A stretch of 64,000 nucleotides of DNA, from positions 1 to 64,000 of the forward strand of contig CAVVUS010000023.1 of the NCBI GenBank assembly GCA_963751345.1, given 5' to 3'. Shown in pieces: positions 43,298 to 53,572 of this stretch; within the stretch, counting starts at the first letter, position 1, and the number at the start of each line of letters is the position of its first letter. Position numbers and translations under genes: made by a program. The stretch is from an uncultured Chloroflexia bacterium. Lineage in GTDB: Bacteria > Chloroflexota > Anaerolineae > B4-G1 > SLSP01. The notes below the pieces were generated by a model that searched no databases, was not told the DNA's origin, and worked only from the letters and a program-made list of their open reading frames with translations.

Positions 43298-46265
43298 CTA
43301 GCCGATCTCGGCGGAATGCCAGGCTGTGACCAGCGCGTCGAGACCGACCTCAATCGCGTAGCCCGATCTGCTGCCGGCGATACGCAGCGTCCTGTTGCTG
43401 GTCACACGACCGATCTCGGCGAAGGGACGACCAACCATCATCGCCTCGAAGCTCGCTGAATCCTCGGGGGCCACCTCAACCAGGAACCGAGCGCTGCTTT
43501 CCGAAAAGAGCGCGGTTGCGTCGTCCTGCACCGCCTCCGCCTTGATCACCGGCTCGAGTTCCAGCTCCAGCCCGAGCCGCCCCGCGATGCACATTTCGGC
43601 GGCGGCGACAGCCAGGCCGCCTTCGGACGAGTCATGAACCGCGCTGACCTGTCCCGCGGCAATGGCCCGGTGAAGAGCCCGAAAGGTCACCGGCGCGTCG
43701 GAAACGGGCGCGGGAGGGTCGCCGCTCAGGCCATCGTGGAGCCTGTGGTAGAGTGAGCCGCCCAACTCGGATCGCGTTTCTCCAATGAGGTACAGGAGGT
43801 TCCCCGCTGCTTTTAGATCCATCGTGACGGTATGGTGGATGTCGGGCACGATCCCGATAGAGGAGATGAGCAACGTGGGAGGGATCGTACGCTTGCTGCC
43901 GAAAGCGTCGACGAACTCGTTGTTCAAGCTATCCTTCCCGGAGATGAAGGGCGTCTCGTAGGTGAGGGCTGCATCGTGGCAGCCCTGCGTGGCCCGCACC
44001 AGCCCCCCGAGCCGATCGGGAAGGGCGGGGCTGCCCCAGCAGAAGTTGTCCAGCAGCGCCACACGGTCGGGATCTGCGCCCACGCAGACGACGTTGCGCA
44101 GGGCTTCGTCCACAACGGCCCAGGCCATCGCATAGGGATCCACTTGACCGTAATGCGGGTTGATACCGCACCCCAGGGCCAGGCCAGCGTTTCCCTCCGT
44201 TACGAGTGGTTTCAGCACGGCGGCGTCTGACGGGCCGTCGTTGACGACGCCCACCAGGGGCTTGATCACCGTCGCGCCCTGCACTTCGTGATCGTATCGA
44301 TGGATGACGTCCTCTTTGCTGGCGACGTCCGGATGGGCCAGTGCCCGCAATAGCACGGCCGTCAGATCTTCGCCACCGCTGATCACCGGCTGGCGCAAGC
44401 GTGGCGGCGACCACGTGGCGCGAAGCGGCGATCGAGGCCAGCCGTCGTGCACGAAGTCCATCGCCAGGTCAGCGACAACTGTGCTGCCGTAGCGGACTTT
44501 GAGATGTGCGTCTCCTGTAAAGCGCCCGATGACCGTCCACTCCACATCGTAGATCGCGCAGATCTCGCCAAGACGGGCGAGGTGCTGCTCCGGCACGGCG
44601 AGTACCATGCGCTCCTGTGCCTCAGAGAGCCATATCTCCCATGGCCGTAGGCCGGGGTATTTCAGCGGAACATCCTGGAGATCGACATCCACGCCGACCT
44701 CCTTGCCGATCTCGCCCACGGCGGACGAGAACCCTCCCGCCCCGCAATCCGTGATGGCCGTATACAGCTCCTCATCCCTGGCGCGGATGACCGCGTCGAG
44801 CACGGCCTTCTCGGTGATGGGATCGCCGATCTGTACCACACTGCCAACGGTGCTGCCCGTCTCATGCGTGAGTTCGGCTGAAGAGAACGTGGCGCCGTGG
44901 AGCCCATCGCGGCCCGTGCGACCGCCCAAAGCGACGATGCAGTCCCCGGGGCGGGGCTCGGTCTTGTGGGTGCCCTTTGGAGCAATGCCGACGCAACCAC
45001 AGTAGACCAATGGGTTGGAGACGTAGTCCTCATCATAGAGGATCGCGCCGCTAACGGTGGGGATGCCCATCTTGTTACCGTAATCCTCGATCCCGGCAAC
45101 GACGCCCTGGGCAATGCGCCGCGGGTGCAGGGCGCCCTCGGGAACGGCCGCATCTGCCATCGTCTGCGGGGCAAAGCAGAGGACGTCGGTGTTGGCGATC
45201 GGCCGGGCCGAGACGCCAATGATATCCCGAATGACGCCGCCGACACCGGTGTTGGCGCCGCCGAAGGGTTCCAGGGCCGAGGGATGGTTGTGGGTCTCGG
45301 CCTTGAACGAGACCTCAAAGACCTCGTCGAAGTCAATAATGCCGGCGTTGTCCACGAAGGCCGACCGCACCCACGGTTTGGCCAATTGTTCGGTCGCGGC
45401 TCGCAGGTAGGTCCCGATCAGGCTTGGAATGGACTCCGCCCCTGTGGACGCAGAAAGGAGCTCTGTCTCCCTCCCCTCATTGGAGACGGACGACGGGAAC
45501 GGCGAATGGCGCGGCATACCCCCCTCGCAGACGTACTCAATCTCCGTCTTAAAGGTCTTGTGGAGGCAGTGTTCGGACCACGTCTGCGCCAGGATCTCCA
45601 GCTCTACGTCCGTCGGATCGCGCCCAAGAGCGCGGAATTCCTCCCGGATAGCCCGCATCTCGGGGAGTGAGAGGAAGAGGACGCGTGAGACACTCAGCCG
45701 GGCCAGTGCCTCGTCGTCGAGGTCGCGGATGCCGATCACGTCCACGCCTGGTGCTTGGCGCAGCCTCAGGCACGAACGCGGGCACCATCTCGCCGAGTGC
45801 ATACGACTGGATGACGCTATTGCACAGCAGTTCCTGCGCGATCCTGTGGAGCTGAGTCGCGGTCGGCGTGCCGTCGAATCGATAGCGCGTTCCGGTCGTC
45901 ACGGCCTGCAGCCCCTGTATGCCGACGGCTGCCACGCGCTGGCGCAGGTGGGTCGCGACTGGGTCGGTGACGCCGGGGTGAAAACCGACCTCGACCGTGG
46001 CGTGGCCCGCGCCGCCCTCTGCGGGCCGTGGGAGCGCCGTGATCGACTCGGACCGATAGCCCTCGACGATGGGATCCGCCAGGAGTAGCTCGGCGATGCG
46101 ATCGATGTCCGGCAACTGCAGTTCACCGCGGAGGAAATAGAGGTTGCTCACGGTGACGCTTCGGATACTCTCAATTCCAAGGTGCGAGACCTGGTCCAGC
46201 AACTCCGTTGCCCGACCGTCAACACCACCACGCCAAAACACCTCAACGCGAAAGGACCTCAGCAC
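43298..46265 (-). CDS. purL: FGAM synthase PurL with N-terminal tandem PurS-like domains (frameshift near 45750)
   Basis: N-terminal [24 protein letters not shown] PurS-like domains, then QTWSEHC, ETHNHPS, TGRDG, DCGAGG, SEAQERM, GKDSL, HDSSEGG, FSES. Confidence 0.93.
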
Positions 46266-46308
46266 AAAGCCTCCGAACCGGAAGATACGGGGGGAAATGC
46301 GAGCACAA

Positions 46309-46388
46309 CCCCTATATATAGTGGGCGTTTCCTTGGCAGAAACCTGCTGCTAACTGACGCATCATACCTTGGGACGGCGTGCCGTCAA
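46309..46388 (-). promoter_or_regulatory. pur operon promoter with a NrdR-box-like site in the leader
   Basis: Minus-strand TTGACG(46388-46383)-16-TATGAT(46366-46361); CCCCTATATATAGTGG at 46309-46324. Confidence 0.6.
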
Positions 46389-47350
46389 GCTTTTCCGGCA
46401 CATCGGACCAGGTGGCTGGCGACGGTTGCCCGCGTCGCCTCCTGGAGTTCAGCATCGCGGGCACAAAACCACTCGATATCCGGATCAGTGGGGCGAAACC
46501 ACGTGTATTGGCGCCGGATGAAATCGTGCGTTGCTAGCTTGATGCTCTCGATCACCTCATCAAGTGACGCATGACCCTCGAAGTAGGGTCTGAACTGCAG
46601 ATATCCGAGCCCTGACATAGCCGGCACGTCCCAGCCGTATCCGGCTTTCAGCAAGGCCCTGACCTCGTCCTCCAATCCTGCGGAGATCATCACATCCACG
46701 CGCGCGTCCGCCAGCGCGTACAGCGCCTGCCGGTCCATCGTCAGTCCCAGCCGCAGGATGCAGTAGGGTGGGGGAGTCCTGCGGCGCAGCTCCGAGAATG
46801 GTTTCCCCGACTTCAGCGTGACCTCCAGGGCGCGGATCACCCGGCGCACGTTGCGGGAATCGATGAAGTCTGTAACGGCGGGATCGAGTGCTACCAGACG
46901 CTGCCAGAGCGCCACAGGATCCCTATCCGCATCCTGCTCCAACTGCGCCCGCAGGTCCGGATCGGGGGCGACATCCGGGACTTGCCATCCCTGGAGCAGC
47001 GCCCGAACATACTGCCCGGTGCCGCCAACCAGGAATGGCACCTTTCCCTGGGCGGCGATGTCATCGATTGCCTGCCTCGCCATCCTCAGGAATTGGGCGA
47101 GGCCCACCGTCTCGTCGGGGGCTGCGATATCGATGAGGTGATGCGGCGCGCGCATCAACTCATCCCGGGAGGGCTTGGCGGTGCCGATGTCCATCCTGCG
47201 GTAGAATTGCCGGGAATCGGCGGAGATGACCTCGCCGCCAAATGCACGGGCGAGGTAGATGCCCAGGGCCGTCTTGCCGACCGCGGTGGGTCCGACGACT
47301 GCAATGAGCGGCAAGTGCGATGGACGCCGTTCGGACGTCGAGTCTGTCAC
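46385..47350 (-). CDS. miaA: tRNA dimethylallyltransferase
   Basis: GPTAVGKT, ISADSRQ, DIGTAKP, VGGTGQY, RRVIRALEV, RRQYTWF. Confidence 0.96.
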   Translation of the reverse strand: MTDSTSERRPSHLPLIAVVGPTAVGKTALGIYLARAFGGEVISADSRQFYRRMDIGTAKPSRDELMRAPHHLIDIAAPDETVGLAQFLRMARQAIDDIAAQGKVPFLVGGTGQYVRALLQGWQVPDVAPDPDLRAQLEQDADRDPVALWQRLVALDPAVTDFIDSRNVRRVIRALEVTLKSGKPFSELRRRTPPPYCILRLGLTMDRQALYALADARVDVMISAGLEDEVRALLKAGYGWDVPAMSGLGYLQFRPYFEGHASLDEVIESIKLATHDFIRRQYTWFRPTDPDIEWFCARDAELQEATRATVASHLVRCAGKA

Positions 47351-47502
47351 GACCGTCATTGTACCGGAGTGAGCTGTCGCGACAAGGTCCCAGCACCAGA
47401 CGTACGTTTCAGGTTCACACCTTGCGCCCTGTCTGCATTGGGCTATGATCGAAGCTGAGTGGGATCAGGAGGCACAGTCCACTTCCCAGGGAGGCTACCG
47501 GG

Positions 47503-48150
47503 ATGTCTTTCGCGATGTTCTCGCAGTTGGATGACCGTTGGAAGCGAATTATGCTCGGAGAGAGCAGCACGACGATCGGCGCAAATGGGTGTCTGCTTTG
47601 CGCAGTGGCCTCCGGGCTGGCAGACACCGGCGTCTTGATTGATGGGCTTCCGTTGGATCCGCCACGGCTCAACCGTTGGCTGGCACGGAATCGAGGCTAT
47701 GTGGCACCTCGAAGTGCGACGAAGGAACGGAACCTCTTTGTCTTTGGTTCGCTGGGCCCGCTGGGCGTGGAGTTGGTCGACTACATCGATGCTCGCAGCA
47801 AGCCGGCACCCCTGGACCGGCTAGAAGAAGCCCTCGCGATTGAGGACCAGTGTGTGGCCCTGCACGTCGACTTCACGCCGGGGGGCTCCAACCAGCAGCA
47901 CTGGGTCCGCGCGGTGGCGTGGAGCGGCCAGGACATCCAGTTGATGGATCCTTGGATCACCGGGCCGAGCCAGGAGGCCTACTTGATGACGCGCTACGCC
48001 CTCCCCTCGTGGGACGGCCCGGAACGCGCCATCTTCCGGATTGCCATCTATAAGTACCTCGGCGCTGATGCGGCTACCCCCGCGGCGACCCTCACGGGAC
48101 GTACGGTCGTGCAGGAGCAGCTATACCCCTATCAGCCGTATGATGTCTGA
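47503..48150 (+). CDS. Peptidase C39-like (papain-fold) protein
   Basis: FSQLDDRW..TIGANGC (Q, C), QHWV (H), MDP (D); GGAGG RBS. Confidence 0.7.
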   Translation: MSFAMFSQLDDRWKRIMLGESSTTIGANGCLLCAVASGLADTGVLIDGLPLDPPRLNRWLARNRGYVAPRSATKERNLFVFGSLGPLGVELVDYIDARSKPAPLDRLEEALAIEDQCVALHVDFTPGGSNQQHWVRAVAWSGQDIQLMDPWITGPSQEAYLMTRYALPSWDGPERAIFRIAIYKYLGADAATPAATLTGRTVVQEQLYPYQPYDV

Positions 48151-48178
48151 GGGTATTTCGGGGACGTAGGGCTGTCGC

Positions 48179-48574
48179 CTAGCTTGGGTCGAGCAACTCG
48201 ACAGGCTCGTCCTGTAGGCTCGGATAGAACGTAATGCGCTGAAGTCGTCCGCTGCCGTCCATCGCCACGGCGACGAAACTCACGTGCCACGTCAGCGGCA
48301 CGGTTGATGTATGCGAGCCGATGTAGGTGCGGGCCACCAGCTCCATCCGTGCGACCTTCTTCGCCGTGAGGCTAAGCTCCGGCGTGGGATGGCCGCTCGT
48401 CCGGCGGGTGCGAACCTCGACGAAATAGACGTGGTCGCCTCTTTGGTGTACGAGGTCGACCTCGCCGCGGCGGCATCGCCAGTTTCTATCCACGAGGGTA
48501 TAACCGTGGTGCTCCAGCGCCTCGGCAGCAAGGTTCTCCCCGCGCTGTCCCAGCCCCGTCCTCGTTTTTGCCAT
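48179..48574 (-). CDS. yraN: YraN (UPF0102) family putative endonuclease
   Basis: LGQRGENLAA..GY..RNWRC..GEVDLV..FVEVRTR. Confidence 0.9.
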   Translation of the reverse strand: MAKTRTGLGQRGENLAAEALEHHGYTLVDRNWRCRRGEVDLVHQRGDHVYFVEVRTRRTSGHPTPELSLTAKKVARMELVARTYIGSHTSTVPLTWHVSFVAVAMDGSGRLQRITFYPSLQDEPVELLDPS

Positions 48575-48694
48575 CCCGGTTGCATCATAGTCGGCTTTAT
48601 AGTCACTGTCAACTTGCGCTGTTGAGTTCCTTTGTGTGTGTGGTATGATGGCGCTTTGGAGCGCAACTAAGTTAGCAGAGGTCTAGGCTTGGGT

Positions 48695-50266
48695 ATGATG
48701 CAACGGTGGATCAACGTCAGCAAGTGGCTGGTTATTGTCGGTTTTGCTCTTCTTCTCGTGGTCGGGGTTGTCGCGTGGATGGTCGATCCCGTGGCGATGA
48801 CGGTGATCGTAACCCCGACACCCACCGTCAATGCGGTGCTTCCGCCTACTGCAACAGGCGCCGTACCGGCCGACCCGCCGACGCCTGAACCGACGGCGAC
48901 CGACGTACCTCCGACTTGGACCCCTACACGGACGTCGACGCCAACCATTGTGCCAACGGCAACGCCATCACCAACGCCAACCTCTACAGCAACCCCGACG
49001 CCGGCACCAATCGCGCTCCCGAGTGGCGGGACACTTCCGGCGATTGCTAACACCCCTGTGGTGACGTCGCCGCTGCCGCAGCCCGAGCCGATGCCGTTTG
49101 TGGAGCAGCCCCCCGGCACGGTCAATATCCTGCTTCTGGGGATGGATCGTACCGCCGGTCAGGGCGTCGCACGGACGGATGTGATGCTCGTTGCCTCAAT
49201 CTTCCCGGACGTGCCCGCCGTCAGCCTCATGTCGATTCCCCGGGATTACTATGCCTGGATCCCGGCATGGGGGCTGGATAAGATCAACACGGCCTATGAG
49301 CGGGCCAAGGGAGTGGGCTATCCCGGGGGTGGCCCGGCCCTGGTCAAGGCCACCGTGGAGTACAACTTCGGCATCCCGATCCACTACTACGCGCTGGTCG
49401 ACTTCACCAGCTATCGTTCGTTGGTGGATGTCGTGGGTGGGGTCGACATCATTGTCGAGTGCCCCTTCCACGATACCTACCCCGACCCCGAGTCCGCAAG
49501 CGGGCAGACTGACATCGACTTGGATCCCGGTCTGCGCCATCTGGACGGCAAGTTCGCACTGTGGTACGTCCGATCGCGCTGGAATACGTCGGATTTCGAC
49601 CGCCATCGCCGGCAACAGCAGGTCCTGTTGGCTGTCCTGCACGAGGCCCGGAGTGCCGGCATGCTCGTGAAGGTTCCGGAGCTCTGGGCGACCTACCAGC
49701 AGAACGTGGAGACCGATCTCGGGCTTAAGGAACTGCTCTGGCTGGCCTCGGTTGCCGGGCGCCTGGACGAGCGCGACATTCACAACTACTTCATCCGCGG
49801 CACGGACTTGCTGACGTCGTGGACGGCCCCGAACGGGGGAGCGGTCCTCGTGCCGAAGCTGGACGCGATCCAGGGTTTCGTCCAGGACACGATGCGCCCA
49901 TTGGCCACGAGCCGCGCGTCACAACGCAGCTACCGTGTTTCGGTGTCCAACGGCAGTTGGTCGTCCTCGCTGGGGGAGGTCGCCGCCTACCGGCTGGGCC
50001 TGGAGGGGTTCGAGGTGACCGAGGTGAATGACGTGGACCCGCAAGCCCGCACCACGGTGATCGACTACACGACCACGTCGAAGGGCTCGCCGCTCTGGAA
50101 ACTGATCAGCCTCTACAAGCTGCAGAATGCTGACATCGTGTCGCAGCCGACGGAGGGAAGCCCCGTCGACTTCGAGGTCATCCTCGGGTCCAATTACAAT
50201 CCCTGCGCAGGCACCACCACTGCCTACTGGCGACCGACCCCGACGCCTGCACGGCCGAGCCGTAAC
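48695..50266 (+). CDS. LCP (LytR-CpsA-Psr) family protein with PT linker and LytR C-terminal domain; true stop probably about 50266
   Basis: TM helix, NILLLGMD, RTDVM, SIPRD, KIN, ALWYVRSR, DFDRHRRQQ, VSNGS..VILG. A one-base deletion near 50250 extends the ORF into a REP element. Confidence 0.88.
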
Positions 50267-50287
50267 ATCATAAGCGTACGCGTTGTC

Positions 50288-50401
50288 GTAGAGACGCCCC
50301 GGTGGGGCGTCTTCTGCGGCGGGAGCTATGCTATGGATGAGGGAACCCCTGCGTCCGGCGATGCGCGCCCCCTGGAAAACGGGCCACCGGCCCGGTTCTA
50401 C
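50288..50401. repeat. Inverted pair of GTAG-type REP palindromes (REPIN-like)
   Basis: GTAG-AGACGCCCC-GGT-GGGGCGTCT on + (50288-50312) and GTAG-AACCGGGCC-GGT-GGCCCGTTT on - (50401-50377). Confidence 0.7.
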
Positions 50402-50447
50402 TCAGAAGAAGCGGAGGCTGGCGCCACGGCATGATGCGGCGCCGTTC

Positions 50448-51528
50448 TTACCCTCCACAGCGGGCATAGTTCGCCAGATGCTCCTCCTCCGTCGTGGCGA
50501 AGACGTGGCTGTTGTCGGTCTTGGTACAGTCGACCATAAAGAAGTAGTAGCCCGTCTCTGTGGGTTCTGCCGCCGCCTGGATGGCGTCGAAGCCAGGATT
50601 AGCGATGGGGGTCGGCGGCAGTCCCAGGTTGCGATATGTGTTGTAAGGGGAACTGACCTCCAGGTCATCAAACGTGATGAAGTGCTTCCACCAACTGTCT
50701 TCATCGGGTTGATAGCCCAGCGCGTACTGGACCGTTGGGTCGGCAGAGAGATACCAGCCGTCCCTGAGTCGATTGTGGTAGACCCCTGAAATGAGAGGAC
50801 GTTCTGAGGCGACGACCGCCTCGCGCTCCACGATCGAGGCCAGGGTGATACCCTCATAGAGCGACATGCCCTGAACCGTAAAGCTGTCTCGCAGGCTGGG
50901 CGTCACCTGCTGCCCGAAGTTCTCCAGCATTTTGTTGATGAGGTCGTAGGCCGTGGCGCCCTGGGCGACGCGGTAGGTGTCTGGGAAAAGGAAGCCCTCA
51001 AGGGTAGACGTGATGGGTATCTGCGACAGGAAATCGTAGGTTTGCACCAGGTCGGTGCCCCGCCAACCCGTCTGCGCCATCGCCAGGAAATCGGTTGACG
51101 TGATATTCGTCTGATCGGCAACGAGTTCGGCGACCTCTTCCAGCCGCTTACCCTCGGGTACCAGGACCTGCTGGTCCGGTGCCTCAGCCTTCTGGAGGGC
51201 ACGCGCAATCTCGGGGATCGTCATCGTTTGGCGGAGCGTGTAGGTGCCGGCCTGGATGCCTGCGTCGAGCTGCTTGTACTGGACGTAGCGTCGAAAGAGC
51301 TCCGTGTCGGAGATCAAATGGTTGGCCTTCAGGTTGCCTGCGACCTCGGCGACGCTCTGGCCCGGCTGAACGGTGAAGGTCACCGGCGACTCATCGGTGC
51401 CGAAGGGCGCCTCCAGGGCGGCTTGCTTTCCGTCGATGTAGGTCTGCAGATAGATCTGCTCGAGCCCGCAGCCCATCAGGAAGAGCGCTGCGAGCAGCAA
51501 CAAGGGTAGTCTGACCCAACGGTTCATC
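50448..51528 (-). CDS. mltG: Endolytic transglycosylase MltG (YceG family)
   Basis: IQAGTY, VPEG, LEGFLFPDTY, LASIVEREA, ISGVYHNRL, ADPTVQY, SPYNTY..GLPPTPIANPG. Confidence 0.93.
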
Positions 51529-51564
51529 GTACTCGCGTTCCTTTCAGCGTCCAAGCATCAGGCC

Positions 51565-51969
51565 TCAGGCCTGTGCGTCCAGGTAGCTCTGAAGTATGAC
51601 CGCAGCGGCCACGGCGTCGATCCATTCTTTGTCGGGTGTCTTGCCTTGGCTTCGCATGATGGCCTTGGCATCATTTGTGGAGAGCCGCTCGTCCCAGAGG
51701 TGGGTGGGGAGGCCAATTGCCCCGGATAGCTCCTCAACATAGTCCCGCACCCAATGGGCCTGTGACCCTTCGCTGCCGTCCATATTGAGAGGCAAGCCGA
51801 TGATCAAGGCGTCGACTTTGTGATCCCGAACGAGGGCGCGGACATGTTCAGCATCCTCCACGCGTGAGCGCCTGAGGTAAACCTCCAGCGGTCGCGCGAC
51901 GATGCCCAAGGTGTCGCTGACGGCGACGCCGATTCTCCTGTCACCAAGGTCGAGAGCAAGGTAGCGCAC
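51565..51969 (-). CDS. ruvX: Holliday junction resolvase-like / pre-16S rRNA nuclease YqgF
   Basis: LALDLGDRRIGVAVSD, IGLPLNMDG, WDERLST, IDAVAAAVILQSYL. Confidence 0.95.
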   Translation of the reverse strand: MRYLALDLGDRRIGVAVSDTLGIVARPLEVYLRRSRVEDAEHVRALVRDHKVDALIIGLPLNMDGSEGSQAHWVRDYVEELSGAIGLPTHLWDERLSTNDAKAIMRSQGKTPDKEWIDAVAAAVILQSYLDAQA

Positions 51970-51979
51970 CGGCTGATCC

Positions 51980-53509
51980 CTACGGCGTCAGCTGGCCCGG
52001 CTCAATGACGATCTTGGTTCGCATCGAGACAAAGGGCATATAGGGGAACCAAGAGGGGGACACGTCGATCTCAGGTGGTGCAGAGAGTGGCAGGGCATCC
52101 TGAAGGTCCTCCCGAGCCTGCTCGATCCCGGTGCCCTGGACCATGGCTTGCACAGCCTCGGTGTCGATCTGGGTCGTGCCATAGCCGTAGGCCGTAACGT
52201 AGAACGTGAACATCCCTGGCCCCACATCCTCCTCAGCCGCCTCGCCAATGCTGTAACGCGCCTCGGACAGGGTGTAGCCCTCGGGAAGCTGGGTGACCAA
52301 GTGCTGATAGGCCACGGCTTGGGCATCTCTCGTTGTCACGGCCTGTCCCGTAACCAGCAGCCTTAGCGATAGCCCCAGTACATCCGTAGTCTCCCCCACC
52401 AGGTTAGAGTAGGCCTCCTTGGGGGTGGCCTGGATCACCAGAGACTGGCGCGGCAGAAACTGCCCCGGCACCTCGGAAGCCATCTCCTGCAGACCGTTGT
52501 AGGCCTCGGCCATCACCTGCTGGACAGCCAAACCCCAGGCGCGGTCGCGGTCGGCCTGCGAGACCGTACGAACGGTCTGGCTTTCAGCACCAGCGATGGG
52601 CTCGGGATTGGTGGTTCGGATTGCGAATCCGACGACGCCTTCGACGAGGTTGATCTGGTAGGCATCCACATTGCCGCGTGGCCCTTCCACCAGTGCCTCA
52701 ACATTGGCTTGAGCTTGCCCAAAGGCGGGCACCGTCACACCCTCCGTCGTCTCGTAGCGTACGGGGTATGATCCTGCTGACGTGCGGACCACCGTGCCGG
52801 TGGGTACCTGATAGTCCTGCCCCAGCAGGTTGGTGAAGAGCACCCAGCCCGTGGCGCGACCCGAAAACGCGTAGCCACGTCCACTCGTCACCACTTCAGC
52901 GTAGCCCTCGAACTCATCTCCCACGCGCGTGGACGGTATCACGCCCCGCTGAAGATCGACCTCGGTGGCATTTGGGTCCACGGATATTGGGACGATGCGG
53001 GAGTACGATATGCTCTTGGGAACCAAGGTGATGGTAGCCGAAGGCACGACCAGCAGCAGTGCTGCTCCCACGGCGCCGATGACAGCGATGAGCAGGATAC
53101 TCTCCAATGCCAGCAACCACGCGGCAGGTCGCTTTCGCGGGAGTGCCTTGGCACGCCGGGGGGTAGGCGCCCACCAGGGCGTCTTTGGTCGCTCCGGCAT
53201 CACGCCATCTTTCACAGGAGGGAAACTTCCCTCGCGCGCCAGAAAGTCCTGGGCGGATGACTCCGATCGAAAGACCGTGAAGCCAGCGTTGCGGGCAAGG
53301 GGACGCCGGACGGGATCCTCAACCACCCACGCGATATCCCAGGAGCGGTGTTGGGCGACGCGTGACTGTATCTCGAAGTCTATCGGCAGTGCCCATCCGC
53401 GATCGACATCCCACGGGAGCGTGACCAAGACGCGTTCATCTTCTACGCGACGAAGTGCCTCACGGAGGGTGTAGCGATCATCCGTCGCCTTGATGGTAAT
53501 CGTCTTCAC
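51980..53509 (-). CDS. Membrane-anchored baseplate J/gp47-like domain protein
   Basis: N-terminal cytoplasmic domain, one TM helix, PSATITLVP, ATGWVLFTN..VPTGTVVRT, VEALVEGPRGNV, TNPEPIAG..VSQAD (baseplate-J-like), C-terminal PSWFPYMP. Confidence 0.7.
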   Translation of the reverse strand: MKTITIKATDDRYTLREALRRVEDERVLVTLPWDVDRGWALPIDFEIQSRVAQHRSWDIAWVVEDPVRRPLARNAGFTVFRSESSAQDFLAREGSFPPVKDGVMPERPKTPWWAPTPRRAKALPRKRPAAWLLALESILLIAVIGAVGAALLLVVPSATITLVPKSISYSRIVPISVDPNATEVDLQRGVIPSTRVGDEFEGYAEVVTSGRGYAFSGRATGWVLFTNLLGQDYQVPTGTVVRTSAGSYPVRYETTEGVTVPAFGQAQANVEALVEGPRGNVDAYQINLVEGVVGFAIRTTNPEPIAGAESQTVRTVSQADRDRAWGLAVQQVMAEAYNGLQEMASEVPGQFLPRQSLVIQATPKEAYSNLVGETTDVLGLSLRLLVTGQAVTTRDAQAVAYQHLVTQLPEGYTLSEARYSIGEAAEEDVGPGMFTFYVTAYGYGTTQIDTEAVQAMVQGTGIEQAREDLQDALPLSAPPEIDVSPSWFPYMPFVSMRTKIVIEPGQLTP

Positions 53510-53572
53510 GCCGGGCAGTATGCCACAAGTCGCGGATTTTGCCAAGGCTAGGGGCAGTTGCTCGCTGCAGAG

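Noticed and set aside
46266-46360. Purine, PRPP or ZTP riboswitch upstream of the pur operon
   Set aside because: Leader is about 90 nt and lacks the conserved aptamer motifs and a terminator.
48800-49090. ACGCC-rich quasi-repeats in LCP, LysM and esterase genes
   Set aside because: They simply encode Pro/Thr-rich linkers and are not DNA repeat elements.
48179-51969. yraN plus ruvX nucleases as a defence island
   Set aside because: Both are conserved housekeeping genes in ordinary contexts.
51980-53545. Prophage or contractile injection system
   Set aside because: No sheath, tube, spike, capsid, terminase or integrase genes nearby; the gene has a TM helix and housekeeping context.
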